From the NCBI GenBank assembly GCA_041744215.1, contig JBGTLG010000016.1, positions 96,001 through 160,000 of the forward strand: a stretch of 64,000 nucleotides of DNA, read 5' to 3'. Positions 20,673-29,247 of this stretch are shown here, piece by piece. Positions within the stretch are counted from its first letter, which is position 1. Each line of letters begins with the position of its first letter. The DNA is from Fimbriimonadales bacterium (lineage in GTDB: Bacteria > Armatimonadota > Fimbriimonadia > Fimbriimonadales > ATM1). The notes under the pieces were generated by a model. It was not told the DNA's origin and searched no databases. It saw only the letters and a program-made list of their open reading frames with translations. The translations under genes were made by a program, and so were the position numbers.

Positions 20673-21662
20673 ATGCGAATCGGCATCATCGGCGCGGGCA
20701 TTTCTGGTTTGGCTGCGGCTCAGAGACTGAAGCCCGCAGGTCACGAGCCCGTCGTCTTCGAGGCTGCGGCCACAGTCGGTGGTCGCGCTGCAACAGAAGA
20801 AGTAGCTGGCTGCATCGTTGACACCGGACTCCAGGCATACACGCCCAGAGGGATGTCGATCGAGCAGGCGATTCTCCATGACTTCCCTTCGCCTGACCTG
20901 ACGCGGATTGAGAAGCCGATTTACATCTTATCGCACGGTAGGCCAGGACCGGGCGCGCCTGAGAAGGTCGCGGTCCCTCGGTTCACTTACCGGACAGGGG
21001 CGAGAACTTTCCCTGCGCTCCTATCGGACGGGGTAGAGGTTCGCCTCAACTCGCCTGTGGAGGGCCTCACAAAAGAAGGCGGACTGTACCAGGTGGATGG
21101 GGAGTCGTTTGACGGGCTTATTCTCACACCGCCGCTTGGAGAGGTAGGCAGACTCCTGGGAACCTTGGGGAAATCGCGAAACACGGGGAACGCCAGTTAC
21201 CGACCGTGCTTGTCAGTGGTGCTGGTTTACGAGGAGGAGCTTCCTCCCGTGCCTTACTCTGCATTGCTCTCTGACGATCGGATGTCTCCTGTGCTGTGGT
21301 TGGGTTTGGAAACGGAGAAAAGCACTGGTCGCGCCCCGGTTGGATGGACGGTGCTCGTAGCGCAGTTGGGGCCGTTGTATAGCAGACAGCATCTGGAGAG
21401 TAGCGAGCAGTCGATCGTTCCCGTCGCGACGAGCCTCGCCGCCCGACTCTTTGGGCCCAGGTTCGCGGCTCCTGCGGCTACTTACGTTCGCCGTTGGGTC
21501 GAATCACAGCCTGAGCGCGTTGCGCTATTCGGCAGCGTAAACCCAGGCAAAGAATTGGTAGTGGTTGCTGGGGATGGAACCCTGGCCGGCCGCGCTGAGA
21601 GCGCATACGAGTCTGGCATGATGGCTGCGGACAGGTTGATCGAAGCCGCAAACCCCGTGTGA
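20673..21662 (+). CDS. Renalase-family NAD/FAD-dependent oxidoreductase
   Basis: IIGAGISGL, GGRAAT, DTGLQAYT, RRW..SQP, AGD...ESAYESG. Confidence 0.85.
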   Translation: MRIGIIGAGISGLAAAQRLKPAGHEPVVFEAAATVGGRAATEEVAGCIVDTGLQAYTPRGMSIEQAILHDFPSPDLTRIEKPIYILSHGRPGPGAPEKVAVPRFTYRTGARTFPALLSDGVEVRLNSPVEGLTKEGGLYQVDGESFDGLILTPPLGEVGRLLGTLGKSRNTGNASYRPCLSVVLVYEEELPPVPYSALLSDDRMSPVLWLGLETEKSTGRAPVGWTVLVAQLGPLYSRQHLESSEQSIVPVATSLAARLFGPRFAAPAATYVRRWVESQPERVALFGSVNPGKELVVVAGDGTLAGRAESAYESGMMAADRLIEAANPV

Positions 21663-21692
21663 GAACGCCTCGGTGGGGTCCGCGCGTCTAAA

Positions 21693-23276
21693 ATGATTGA
21701 CGTGCTTCTCCTCACCCTAACACTTGCGGTCCAACAGGCCGTGGGCCCACATCTGCCTGCTCGAACTGAACCTCAGATTCACGCCCTCAACGCGGAGATT
21801 CAGAGCCAACTCGCCTCCGGACAGTTTACGGAGGCGCGAGAAGTAATGGCGCGATGGCCCGGAGCGACCTTCACGTATGAGGTTGCCTATGAGCGCGGAG
21901 GAGAGCTGCCACCTAGCGCCCAGGGCGCAGGGGAAGAAGCGGCATCCGTCTGGTCGGAGGCAACAAACGGTCGGGTAAAGATCACAGAAGGATCGAAGGC
22001 GGCAGTCCGCATCGAGTTCATTGACCGCGCTCTTCCGGGAGACCCGCCTCCTGGCTGGAACGAGTCTCAAGTTGTCGCGAGAGTGCCGCTCTCGTTCGGC
22101 GAGCCTCCGCGGCCGATGCCGAGACGCTCCGTCGTTGTGGCGGTCGCTAAAGCCTTTGGCGTCGCAATGGGCCACGCGCCCTTGTCGCGGCACGGCTGGC
22201 TGATGGGAATTGATGATCGTATAGACATGGTCGCGCCGATTGGGCCAACTCCCACTGAGTTGGCGACGATCGGGAGGCTGCTTGACGTGCGTGATGAACT
22301 TGAGAAGGCCGTTGACGGGCGAATTCGGCTCACGCCAGGCATGCCAAAGCTTGTGATTGAGCCGTCAGACGTCAATCTGGGAATCGTTGACGAGGGAGCG
22401 AAACCGCGGGCCACGATCGTTCTCCGGAACGACGGCAACGCACCGATTGAGTTTGCCGTTGACGCCTCATGCAGGTGCCTGTTCCTGCAGTCGATTGCAC
22501 CCTTAGGACCGGGAGAGGTCCGTGTGATTGAGCCCGGCGCGGACACGAGCGGCTTTATGGGGAAGCACGCAAAAGAATTCCTCATTCACTCGAGCGACCC
22601 GGCTAAGCCGACTCAGTCGATTGTTTTGCGTTTCGAATCGGTGCCTGAGTACCGGGTGGTTCCCGATGCGCTTCAGCGCATCCACCTGCCTGACGACGGA
22701 CCTGGCGCGTTCGAAATCATTGTCTACTCGTTCCCGGGCAAGCCACTCAATGTGATTTCGGCGACTGCTAACCTGCCAGCGGTCACGACGCAGGTCACTC
22801 CTTTCACTGGCGAGGTCGTTGACCCTGCATTCTCGAAGGAACCAGAGCGGCGTACTGGCTACAAGGTTCGCATTGCGTTCGATCCATCGTTCCCAAGCGG
22901 GACTGCGTTTGTGAACCTGACGATCACTACAGACAGCCATCGGCGTCCCAGTCACTCGATTGTCCTGCAAACTCACAAAGGAATCGCGGCGGCACCGTCG
23001 AGCGTGTACTTTGGCGGAATCGCAGGTGACGAGAAGACCCAACGATCCATACGGATCTCTCACCCTACAGCGCGATTCAAAATCCTGGAGGCGACAACTG
23101 AAGGCGGCCCGTTCTCCATTTCTACACAGGCTGACGACTCTGACGGATTCGGGTACCGAGTCACGGTCACCTACAATGGAGGCGCGAAGGGACCGCTAGT
23201 CGGGCGAGTCATTCTGCGCACCGACCATCCGAAGTATCCGGAGATTGCTGTGCCTATCGCGGGACACACGAGATGA
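21693..23276 (+). CDS. Exported DUF1573-domain protein with degenerate matrixin-like N-terminal domain
   Basis: LRNDGNAPI..ASCRCL DUF1573 pattern and further Ig-like repeats; start may be GTG 21702. Confidence 0.7.
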   Translation: MIDVLLLTLTLAVQQAVGPHLPARTEPQIHALNAEIQSQLASGQFTEAREVMARWPGATFTYEVAYERGGELPPSAQGAGEEAASVWSEATNGRVKITEGSKAAVRIEFIDRALPGDPPPGWNESQVVARVPLSFGEPPRPMPRRSVVVAVAKAFGVAMGHAPLSRHGWLMGIDDRIDMVAPIGPTPTELATIGRLLDVRDELEKAVDGRIRLTPGMPKLVIEPSDVNLGIVDEGAKPRATIVLRNDGNAPIEFAVDASCRCLFLQSIAPLGPGEVRVIEPGADTSGFMGKHAKEFLIHSSDPAKPTQSIVLRFESVPEYRVVPDALQRIHLPDDGPGAFEIIVYSFPGKPLNVISATANLPAVTTQVTPFTGEVVDPAFSKEPERRTGYKVRIAFDPSFPSGTAFVNLTITTDSHRRPSHSIVLQTHKGIAAAPSSVYFGGIAGDEKTQRSIRISHPTARFKILEATTEGGPFSISTQADDSDGFGYRVTVTYNGGAKGPLVGRVILRTDHPKYPEIAVPIAGHTR

Positions 23277-24508
23277 GGTTTGTTTTCCCGGGTGCGTGTG
23301 CTTCGATCGCGCTCCTTGGGTTTGCAGCACAACCGCCAGAAGAACCTGAGCTTCGACTGATTTTCACTGGCGATATCCGTGGTTATCTCTCTCCTTGCGG
23401 CTGCGCCAAGCCACAGATCGGAGGAGTCCTCCGCTTGGCAGGTGTGGTTCGTGCGTTGCAAAAGCAGCCAAACGCTCACTACGTTGATTTAGGAAACTGG
23501 ACGGAGTCGCGCGGACGGCAGGACGAACTCAAAGCAGACTCGCTTGCTGAGGTGTTTGCTTCGTTACGACCTGCCGTCCTCAATGTAGGACCTCTGGATG
23601 TGATTCGAGGAAGAGACGCGTTGCGCGTGCACCGAGAAGCGACTGAGCATCGGCTGAGCTCTGCGAACTTCGTGTTTCTTGATGAGCCTAATGAGCAAGA
23701 TGCCTTTGGCCAGAGGGGGCTAACAACCCTGGGGCTGATGCCTGACGCAGACGCTCTGCGGATGGGTGGTCTGCGTGCACCCGCAAGGGAAGTACTCGAC
23801 CGACACCGATCGAACCGCTCGGCAGTCGCTCTGTTCGCAGGTCCGCTGGATGAGGCGCGTTCGCTCGTAGAGCAGACCGACTTCAGCGGGTTGGTTGTCT
23901 TTTCTCAGAAGGGCGACCCAATCCGGGAGCCTGTGGAAGCCGGAAGGGCGACGCTTGTCACGGTTGGGGACAAGGGGCGCTTCGTGGGCTATATCGAGTT
24001 CAAACGGGGCGAGTGGCACAACTTCCGGCTGATCTCGTTGGGCCCGGAACACTCTGACGATGCAGCAGCTCACCGTGCATACCATGCCTATCTCCAGCGT
24101 GTTACGGCAGAGCGGCTGATCGACACGCTACCCAGGTCTGAGGGTGGCGATTTTGTTGGGTCGGCGAGCTGCGCCCCATGCCATACGCGCGAGTATGAGC
24201 TTTGGCGAGAGACCACCCATGCCTCGGCACTCAAAACACTGGAGGACACCGGAAACGATCGAGACCCCGAATGCGTTGGGTGCCATGTCGTTGGCCTCGC
24301 CTTCACCAGCGGATTTCGGGATCGGTTTTCAACGCCGGGATTAGCCGATGTCGGCTGTGAGAGCTGCCATGGCGCAGGCGGAGACCACGTCACGCGACCC
24401 TACGAGCTTTACGGGAAAGCTGGGGAGGCGTCTTGTCTGCCCTGCCACAACTCGGATCATTCGCCCGAATTTGAGTTCAAGTCCTATTGGGAGCGGATCA
24501 AGCACTAA
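23273..24508 (+). CDS. UshA-like (5'-nucleotidase fold) / tetraheme cytochrome c fusion
   Basis: IFTGDIRGYLSPCGC..GG; four CxxCH motifs: CAPCH, CVGCH, CESCH, CLPCH; ATGA overlap with upstream gene. Confidence 0.85.
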   Translation: MRFVFPGACASIALLGFAAQPPEEPELRLIFTGDIRGYLSPCGCAKPQIGGVLRLAGVVRALQKQPNAHYVDLGNWTESRGRQDELKADSLAEVFASLRPAVLNVGPLDVIRGRDALRVHREATEHRLSSANFVFLDEPNEQDAFGQRGLTTLGLMPDADALRMGGLRAPAREVLDRHRSNRSAVALFAGPLDEARSLVEQTDFSGLVVFSQKGDPIREPVEAGRATLVTVGDKGRFVGYIEFKRGEWHNFRLISLGPEHSDDAAAHRAYHAYLQRVTAERLIDTLPRSEGGDFVGSASCAPCHTREYELWRETTHASALKTLEDTGNDRDPECVGCHVVGLAFTSGFRDRFSTPGLADVGCESCHGAGGDHVTRPYELYGKAGEASCLPCHNSDHSPEFEFKSYWERIKH

Positions 24509-24512
24509 GGGC

Positions 24513-25256
24513 TTATCTGCGGGCGCCGACGAGGTTGGTCACCCACGATCCTTGAAGCTTGGATGTGTTGACGCCGCCGCCGCTGCGGCTCGCGTGGATA
24601 AAGATTCCGTCCCCGACGTACAGCCCTGTGTGCGTGATTCTTTGCCGCGCGCGGTCGGTGAAGTACAACCGATCGCCAGGCCGCAGATCAGCAAGGTTCG
24701 AGACCACCTGGCCGACGTGGTACTGCTCGGCAGCGGTCCTCGGCATCGAGACCCCCACCATCTTGTAAAGCTGCTGGACTAATCCGCTGCAGTCAATTCC
24801 TCGGCTAAGGTTGTTTCCGCCAAACACATAGGGAGTCCCCACGTAGTTGAATGCTTCGCGAACGCACCAGACACGCCAGTCACCACCAGGAAGCACCCGC
24901 GAGTTGGCTCCCCGACTTTGAAGGTTCGAGGTATCAACCCGAGGGGCTGCCTGCTCCGGCTGTTTGAGGCTGACTTCGTACGGCAGCCGGGTGACGGCGG
25001 CGGACTGAACGTAGCCATTCGAGCCATCGGCCATGACGATGCAAATCCACTTTTCGTCCATGCTGCGCATTGCGACATACGTGTCCTTTTGCGCGCGGTA
25101 TAGGACTCTGGAGTTGGTGGCCGGTTTCTGGTAAATCGGCGCTTCTTGGTTCAATTGACCAAGCTTGCCGATGGCGGCTCGCTCGCCCTCCTGGGCGAAG
25201 GCCCCTATGGAGGCGAGAAGAAGACTCGCGGCGATCAGTGTTCGAACCAGTTTCAT
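24513..25256 (-). CDS. SH3-like + NlpC/P60 cell-wall peptidase
   Basis: GTPYVFGG, IDCSGLV, MPRTAAEQY, HTGLY, FIHAS. Confidence 0.92.
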   Translation of the reverse strand: MKLVRTLIAASLLLASIGAFAQEGERAAIGKLGQLNQEAPIYQKPATNSRVLYRAQKDTYVAMRSMDEKWICIVMADGSNGYVQSAAVTRLPYEVSLKQPEQAAPRVDTSNLQSRGANSRVLPGGDWRVWCVREAFNYVGTPYVFGGNNLSRGIDCSGLVQQLYKMVGVSMPRTAAEQYHVGQVVSNLADLRPGDRLYFTDRARQRITHTGLYVGDGIFIHASRSGGGVNTSKLQGSWVTNLVGARR

Positions 25257-25384
25257 AGGCGGGTTCGGGCGAATTATGCCACAGCTTGGCTTGTTGGACG
25301 CCCAAGAGTAATGTCGGCTTTTGGGAGTAGAACGTTCAGGGCGACCGGGGCCCAGATATCAAAAACCGCCCAAAAGCAGCGCGT

Positions 25385-25399
25385 TGGCAGAAGAATTGC
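25385..25399 (+). promoter_or_regulatory. Candidate sigma54 (-24/-12) promoter for the PEP-CTERM gene
   Basis: TGGCAG-AAGAA-TTGC (GG-N10-GC), 75 nt upstream of ATG. Confidence 0.55.
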
Positions 25400-25473
25400 C
25401 AACTAAACCCGTCGACATGGCCACGATAGCGACAACCTCGCTCCGATTCGAAAAGCAACAGGAAACCTCAACA

Positions 25474-26145
25474 ATGAACCTCTGGAAACCCTCAGCCGCA
25501 GCCCTCATCGGGGCAGTCTTCGTTTCGGGCGCGCCGGCGGCCGTACTCATCGACCAGTCCCCATTTGACAACTTCGGGTTCTACTCGGACGGCGTCGCTG
25601 GACAGTTTTACGACCAACGCATGGCGGACGACTTCACGCTCGGAATAGGGGCAGAGGTCACGAAGATCGTTTGGTGGGGCAGCTCCGAGAACTTCTTTGG
25701 CCCCGCGGGGCTCGACAACTTCAGCGACTGGGTCATCCGGATCTACGAGGACAGCGCAGGCGCAGTGGGCAGCGAAGTGTTCGGAGCGACATACAGCAAG
25801 GCGAGCACGAACCCAGTTTTCACCGGATCGCTCTCCGAATCCGACGGCGAAATCTATCGCCAGGAGGCGAGCCTCTCGCTCAACCTGGACGCAGGGACGT
25901 ATTGGGTGTCGATCGGCACGATCAACGTCGTTGCAGATGACGACGCCTGGGCATGGCACGCCGCGACGGGCGTATACAACGATCGGATCGCTGGAGAGCT
26001 TGAGTTCGGAGCCGGCTACGCGACGTTTGAGGGCCTCGGCGACCTTGCGTTCCAGATCGAGGGGAACCCGGTGCCGGAGCCCGCAACCCTGCTCGCTCTC
26101 GGAGTCAGCCTCGCCGCCCTGGCGGCCCGCCGCCGGCGGAAGTAG
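25474..26145 (+). CDS. PEP-CTERM sorting-domain surface protein
   Basis: Signal peptide; MADDF; C-terminal VPEPATLLALGVSLAALAARRRRK. Confidence 0.92.
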   Translation: MNLWKPSAAALIGAVFVSGAPAAVLIDQSPFDNFGFYSDGVAGQFYDQRMADDFTLGIGAEVTKIVWWGSSENFFGPAGLDNFSDWVIRIYEDSAGAVGSEVFGATYSKASTNPVFTGSLSESDGEIYRQEASLSLNLDAGTYWVSIGTINVVADDDAWAWHAATGVYNDRIAGELEFGAGYATFEGLGDLAFQIEGNPVPEPATLLALGVSLAALAARRRRK

Positions 26146-26247
26146 GCCGTTCCGAAGATAGCCGCAGGCGAATCAGCCCCGAACTGTGCTCGGTTTCCTC
26201 TCCGCGCCAGGAGCGGATTCGACTGTAAAGCGAGGCTCTACGACCGA

Positions 26248-26373
26248 CCAGGAGAGTTCTACCGCTGATCCGGAAAGTTCTCCAGCTCACCTGTAGAAGT
26301 ATCCCGATGACCTGGAGAGTTCTCCAGCTCACCCGTAGAAGTATCCCGATGACCTGTAGAACTCTGCCGCCGA
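26248..26373. repeat. Tandem array of six degenerate 21-bp units (42-bp higher-order repeat)
   Basis: ccaggagagttctaccgctga / tccggaaagttctccagctca / cctgtagaagtatcccgatga / cctggagagttctccagctca / cccgtagaagtatcccgatga / cctgtagaactctgccgccga. Confidence 0.85.
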
Positions 26374-26449
26374 GCCGGAGGGGTTGCCCCGGCGGCAGCG
26401 TGCCCGGGTCGAGGCAGGAATCGCCAGCCCGGGCGGCGAACAGCGCTCC

Positions 26450-27496
26450 ATGATCTCGAGGCGAACACTCCTCGCGGCGGCCGCCGCGCTCCCAATCGTC
26501 GGCCGAGCGACACGCGCCATCCCCTCGTCCAGCCCGCCCATCGCCATCTCCAGCGCGAACGGGCTTGGCGCAACCCGCAAGGCCGTTGAGCTTATGGCGG
26601 ACGGGAAGGACACGGTGGAGGCGGCAGTCGAAGGCGTCGCGCTGGTTGAGGACGATCCGAACGACACAAGTGTGGGCTACGGCGGCCTTCCAAACGAGCA
26701 CGGTGTCGTTCAGCTCGACGCCAGCGTGATGCACGGGCCGACGATGCGCGCGGGTGCCGTCGGTTGTTTGGAAGGGGTCAAGAATCCGTCGCGCGTTGCG
26801 AAGCAAGTGATGGAACGCACAGATCATGTTTTGTTGGTGGGAGCGGGCGCGCTGGCATTTGCGAAGGCGATGGGTTTCCAAGAGGAGAACCTTTTGACAG
26901 AGCGCGCTCGAAGAGCTTGGCTGCGTTGGAAGACGACACTTTCGGACCAAGACGACTGGCTGTCTGATGAAGAGATTCGCATTGACTTCGATTCCATCGA
27001 ACCGCGACATGCTGACGCGATGGGGCACCGACCAACGGGGACAATCAGCTGTCTTGCATTGAATGCCCAACGCGAGATTAGCGGTTGCACAACGACGAGC
27101 GGACTCGCTTACAAACTGCCGGGTCGCGTGGGTGATTCACCGATCATCGGCGCAGGTCTGTATGTCGATGGCGAAGTCGGAGGCTGTGGTTCCACCGGCA
27201 GAGGTGAGGCCGTTTTGCAGTCATGTGGATCGCGCACTGTCGTCGAAAACATGAAGCGCGGGCTGTCGCCCGCCGATGCAATTCTCGATGTTCTCAAGCG
27301 AATCTGCGACCAAACGAAGTCACCAAGACTATTGAATCGACCGGGAAGGCCGAACTTCGATGTGAACTTCTACGCGCTGCGCGTCGATGGCGCATTCGCA
27401 GGCGGGAGAATCTATCGCGGCGGAAGATTTGCGGTGAATGACGGCGGCGAATCGAGATTGACCGACTCGGTTTACTTGTACGAAAACGCGCAGTAG
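26450..27496 (+). CDS. Tat-exported N(4)-(beta-N-acetylglucosaminyl)-L-asparaginase (type 2 asparaginase, Ntn hydrolase)
   Basis: SRRTLL Tat signal; SVGYGGLP, QLDASVM, GTIS autoproteolysis site, GRVGDSPIIGAG, STGRGE. Confidence 0.9.
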   Translation: MISRRTLLAAAAALPIVGRATRAIPSSSPPIAISSANGLGATRKAVELMADGKDTVEAAVEGVALVEDDPNDTSVGYGGLPNEHGVVQLDASVMHGPTMRAGAVGCLEGVKNPSRVAKQVMERTDHVLLVGAGALAFAKAMGFQEENLLTERARRAWLRWKTTLSDQDDWLSDEEIRIDFDSIEPRHADAMGHRPTGTISCLALNAQREISGCTTTSGLAYKLPGRVGDSPIIGAGLYVDGEVGGCGSTGRGEAVLQSCGSRTVVENMKRGLSPADAILDVLKRICDQTKSPRLLNRPGRPNFDVNFYALRVDGAFAGGRIYRGGRFAVNDGGESRLTDSVYLYENAQ

Positions 27497-27500
27497 TTTG

Positions 27501-28250
27501 CTACTGACCCTGGTTCAGGCGCTTTTCCAACTCTTCCAGTTGCGCGTCAACTGAATCACCAGTTATCTGCACTTCCGTTGTCGGTTCCGATGCGAGACCG
27601 AGTCTCTTTTCGAGCGCTTGCAACTCTTCTTCTGCGGCCATGTCCATCGCGGTGTCTTCCATCTTCATGATCTTGCCTGTGATGGAGGCCTGCATCATTT
27701 CGTTTCTCGCCGCTGCTTCGGAGCGCACCTCTCGAATCTTTTCCGCTGCGCTTTCGAATGTGCCGAACTGAGCTTCGGTCGTGAATCCCTCGAGCGCTTT
27801 GTTGATGCTCGATTCGATTTGGGCTTGCTTGTATTGCGCCTTCATCGCGAGCGCTTCAGCGGTCTTCTTGCGAACTTCTTCTTCCTGGCGTCGGATGGCG
27901 AGTTTGACGACTTCAACTGTCTCATTGGCCTGGCCAAGCGACCCGCGCAGACTTTCGAGCGTGGTCAGGTAGTTGGCTCGCTCTCGGAGGAACTGCCGTG
28001 CGAGGTCTCGATTTCCTTGCTTGAGGGCTGCGGCGGCTTGGTTCTCGAGTTGGGCTGTTTTGCGCTCGTGGTCATCGACCATCGCTTGCAGGTTGTTTCG
28101 CTGGGTGATGGCCTGGACAGCCTTTTCCTTGTTTTGCTGCAGGGTCTCTTGCATATCCCTGCGCGCCTGATCCAGCATGATGTCCGGATCCTCGAGTTTG
28201 TTCATCCAGCGGTTGAAGATGGCGCGAAGCCAGTTAAAAAAGCGTCCCAT
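27501..28250 (-). CDS. pspA: PspA/IM30 (Vipp1) family protein
   Basis: MGRFFNWLRAIF amphipathic helix, KLEDPDIMLDQA, ALKQGNRDLAR, coiled coil. Confidence 0.88.
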   Translation of the reverse strand: MGRFFNWLRAIFNRWMNKLEDPDIMLDQARRDMQETLQQNKEKAVQAITQRNNLQAMVDDHERKTAQLENQAAAALKQGNRDLARQFLRERANYLTTLESLRGSLGQANETVEVVKLAIRRQEEEVRKKTAEALAMKAQYKQAQIESSINKALEGFTTEAQFGTFESAAEKIREVRSEAAARNEMMQASITGKIMKMEDTAMDMAAEEELQALEKRLGLASEPTTEVQITGDSVDAQLEELEKRLNQGQ

Positions 28251-28371
28251 GCGTTCTCCCGGTCGTCGGTGGCGGCATTATACTACCGTCGGCTCATGAA
28301 GCGGGGTTTCGGGGTGGGCCAGGGTTTGAGACAGACGTCTGGCGATCCGGCGGCGGGCGGTAGAATCGGGC

Positions 28372-29247
28372 GTGAAGTTTACGGCCGCAGCGGTCCAGAT
28401 CGCGCCGATCAAGGCGGACGTGTCGGCGAATCTATCGCGTATCGTGCAGGCTGTGGACCGATGCGTTGGGGAAGGCGCTGACCTGGCGGTTTTTCCGGAG
28501 ACCGCTTTGACCGGTTACTTTTTGGAGGGCGGCGTAGTCGACGCGGCCGTCTCTGCGCTGGAGTTGGCGACGATGCTCGACGTGTCCTACAAGCCCGGCC
28601 GACCCATCGATGTGGTCCTCGGTTTTTACGAGCGCGCTGACGGCAACGTTTACAATTCCGCGGCCCATCTCTTTGGCACCTCGGACGGCTGGGAGATCGC
28701 GCATGTGCACCGAAAGTTCTTCTTGCCTACCTATGGAGTGTTCGACGAGGAGCGCTTTGTCGCACGCGGACGTGACATCAGCGCCTACGACACACGCTTT
28801 GGTCGGTTCTCAATGTTGATTTGCGAAGACGTGTGGCATTCGGTTTCTGCGACCATCGCCGCGCTGAAAGGCGCGCAAGTGATCTGCGCGGTCTCGGCAT
28901 CTCCAGCTCGCGGTTTTGGCGGCGACACATTCGACAATTTGGATCACTATCGCCGCCTGCTGCGAGCCATCGCCGAAGAGCATGGCGTTTGGGTATTGAA
29001 TTCGATGCTTGTCGGCTTCGAAGGCGGAAAAGGTTTTTCTGGTGGGAGCATGTTCGTGTCGCCGAGTGGTCGAATAGCAGCGGAGGGTCCGGAACTTGAG
29101 GAGCACTTTTTGGTTTCTGAAGTTGACCTTGACGAAGTTGGCGTCGCCCGACAACGCTTTCCTTCGCTTGCAGATCTGAAGAGCGTTCTTGAAGATGTCG
29201 TCCGCGAGTTTGACGAGGTTAATCGCGAAGAATGCCAGCAGAGATAA
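28372..29247 (+). CDS. Nitrilase-family carbon-nitrogen hydrolase; probable glutaminase subunit of NAD synthetase
   Basis: Triad E (FPETALTGY), K (HRKFFLPTYGVFDEERF), C (ICEDVW); SASP; overlaps nadE. Confidence 0.88.
   Translation: MKFTAAAVQIAPIKADVSANLSRIVQAVDRCVGEGADLAVFPETALTGYFLEGGVVDAAVSALELATMLDVSYKPGRPIDVVLGFYERADGNVYNSAAHLFGTSDGWEIAHVHRKFFLPTYGVFDEERFVARGRDISAYDTRFGRFSMLICEDVWHSVSATIAALKGAQVICAVSASPARGFGGDTFDNLDHYRRLLRAIAEEHGVWVLNSMLVGFEGGKGFSGGSMFVSPSGRIAAEGPELEEHFLVSEVDLDEVGVARQRFPSLADLKSVLEDVVREFDEVNREECQQR

Noticed and set aside
23390-23410. Selenocysteine in the UshA-like CxC motif
   Set aside because: Both codons are TGC and there is no in-frame TGA
26248-26373. Possible mini-CRISPR array
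   Set aside because: Units are contiguous, with no unique spacers, no leader and no cas genes
26105-27070. 321-aa minus-strand ORF
   Set aside because: Mostly antisense to the asparaginase and runs through the repeat array; no domain signal
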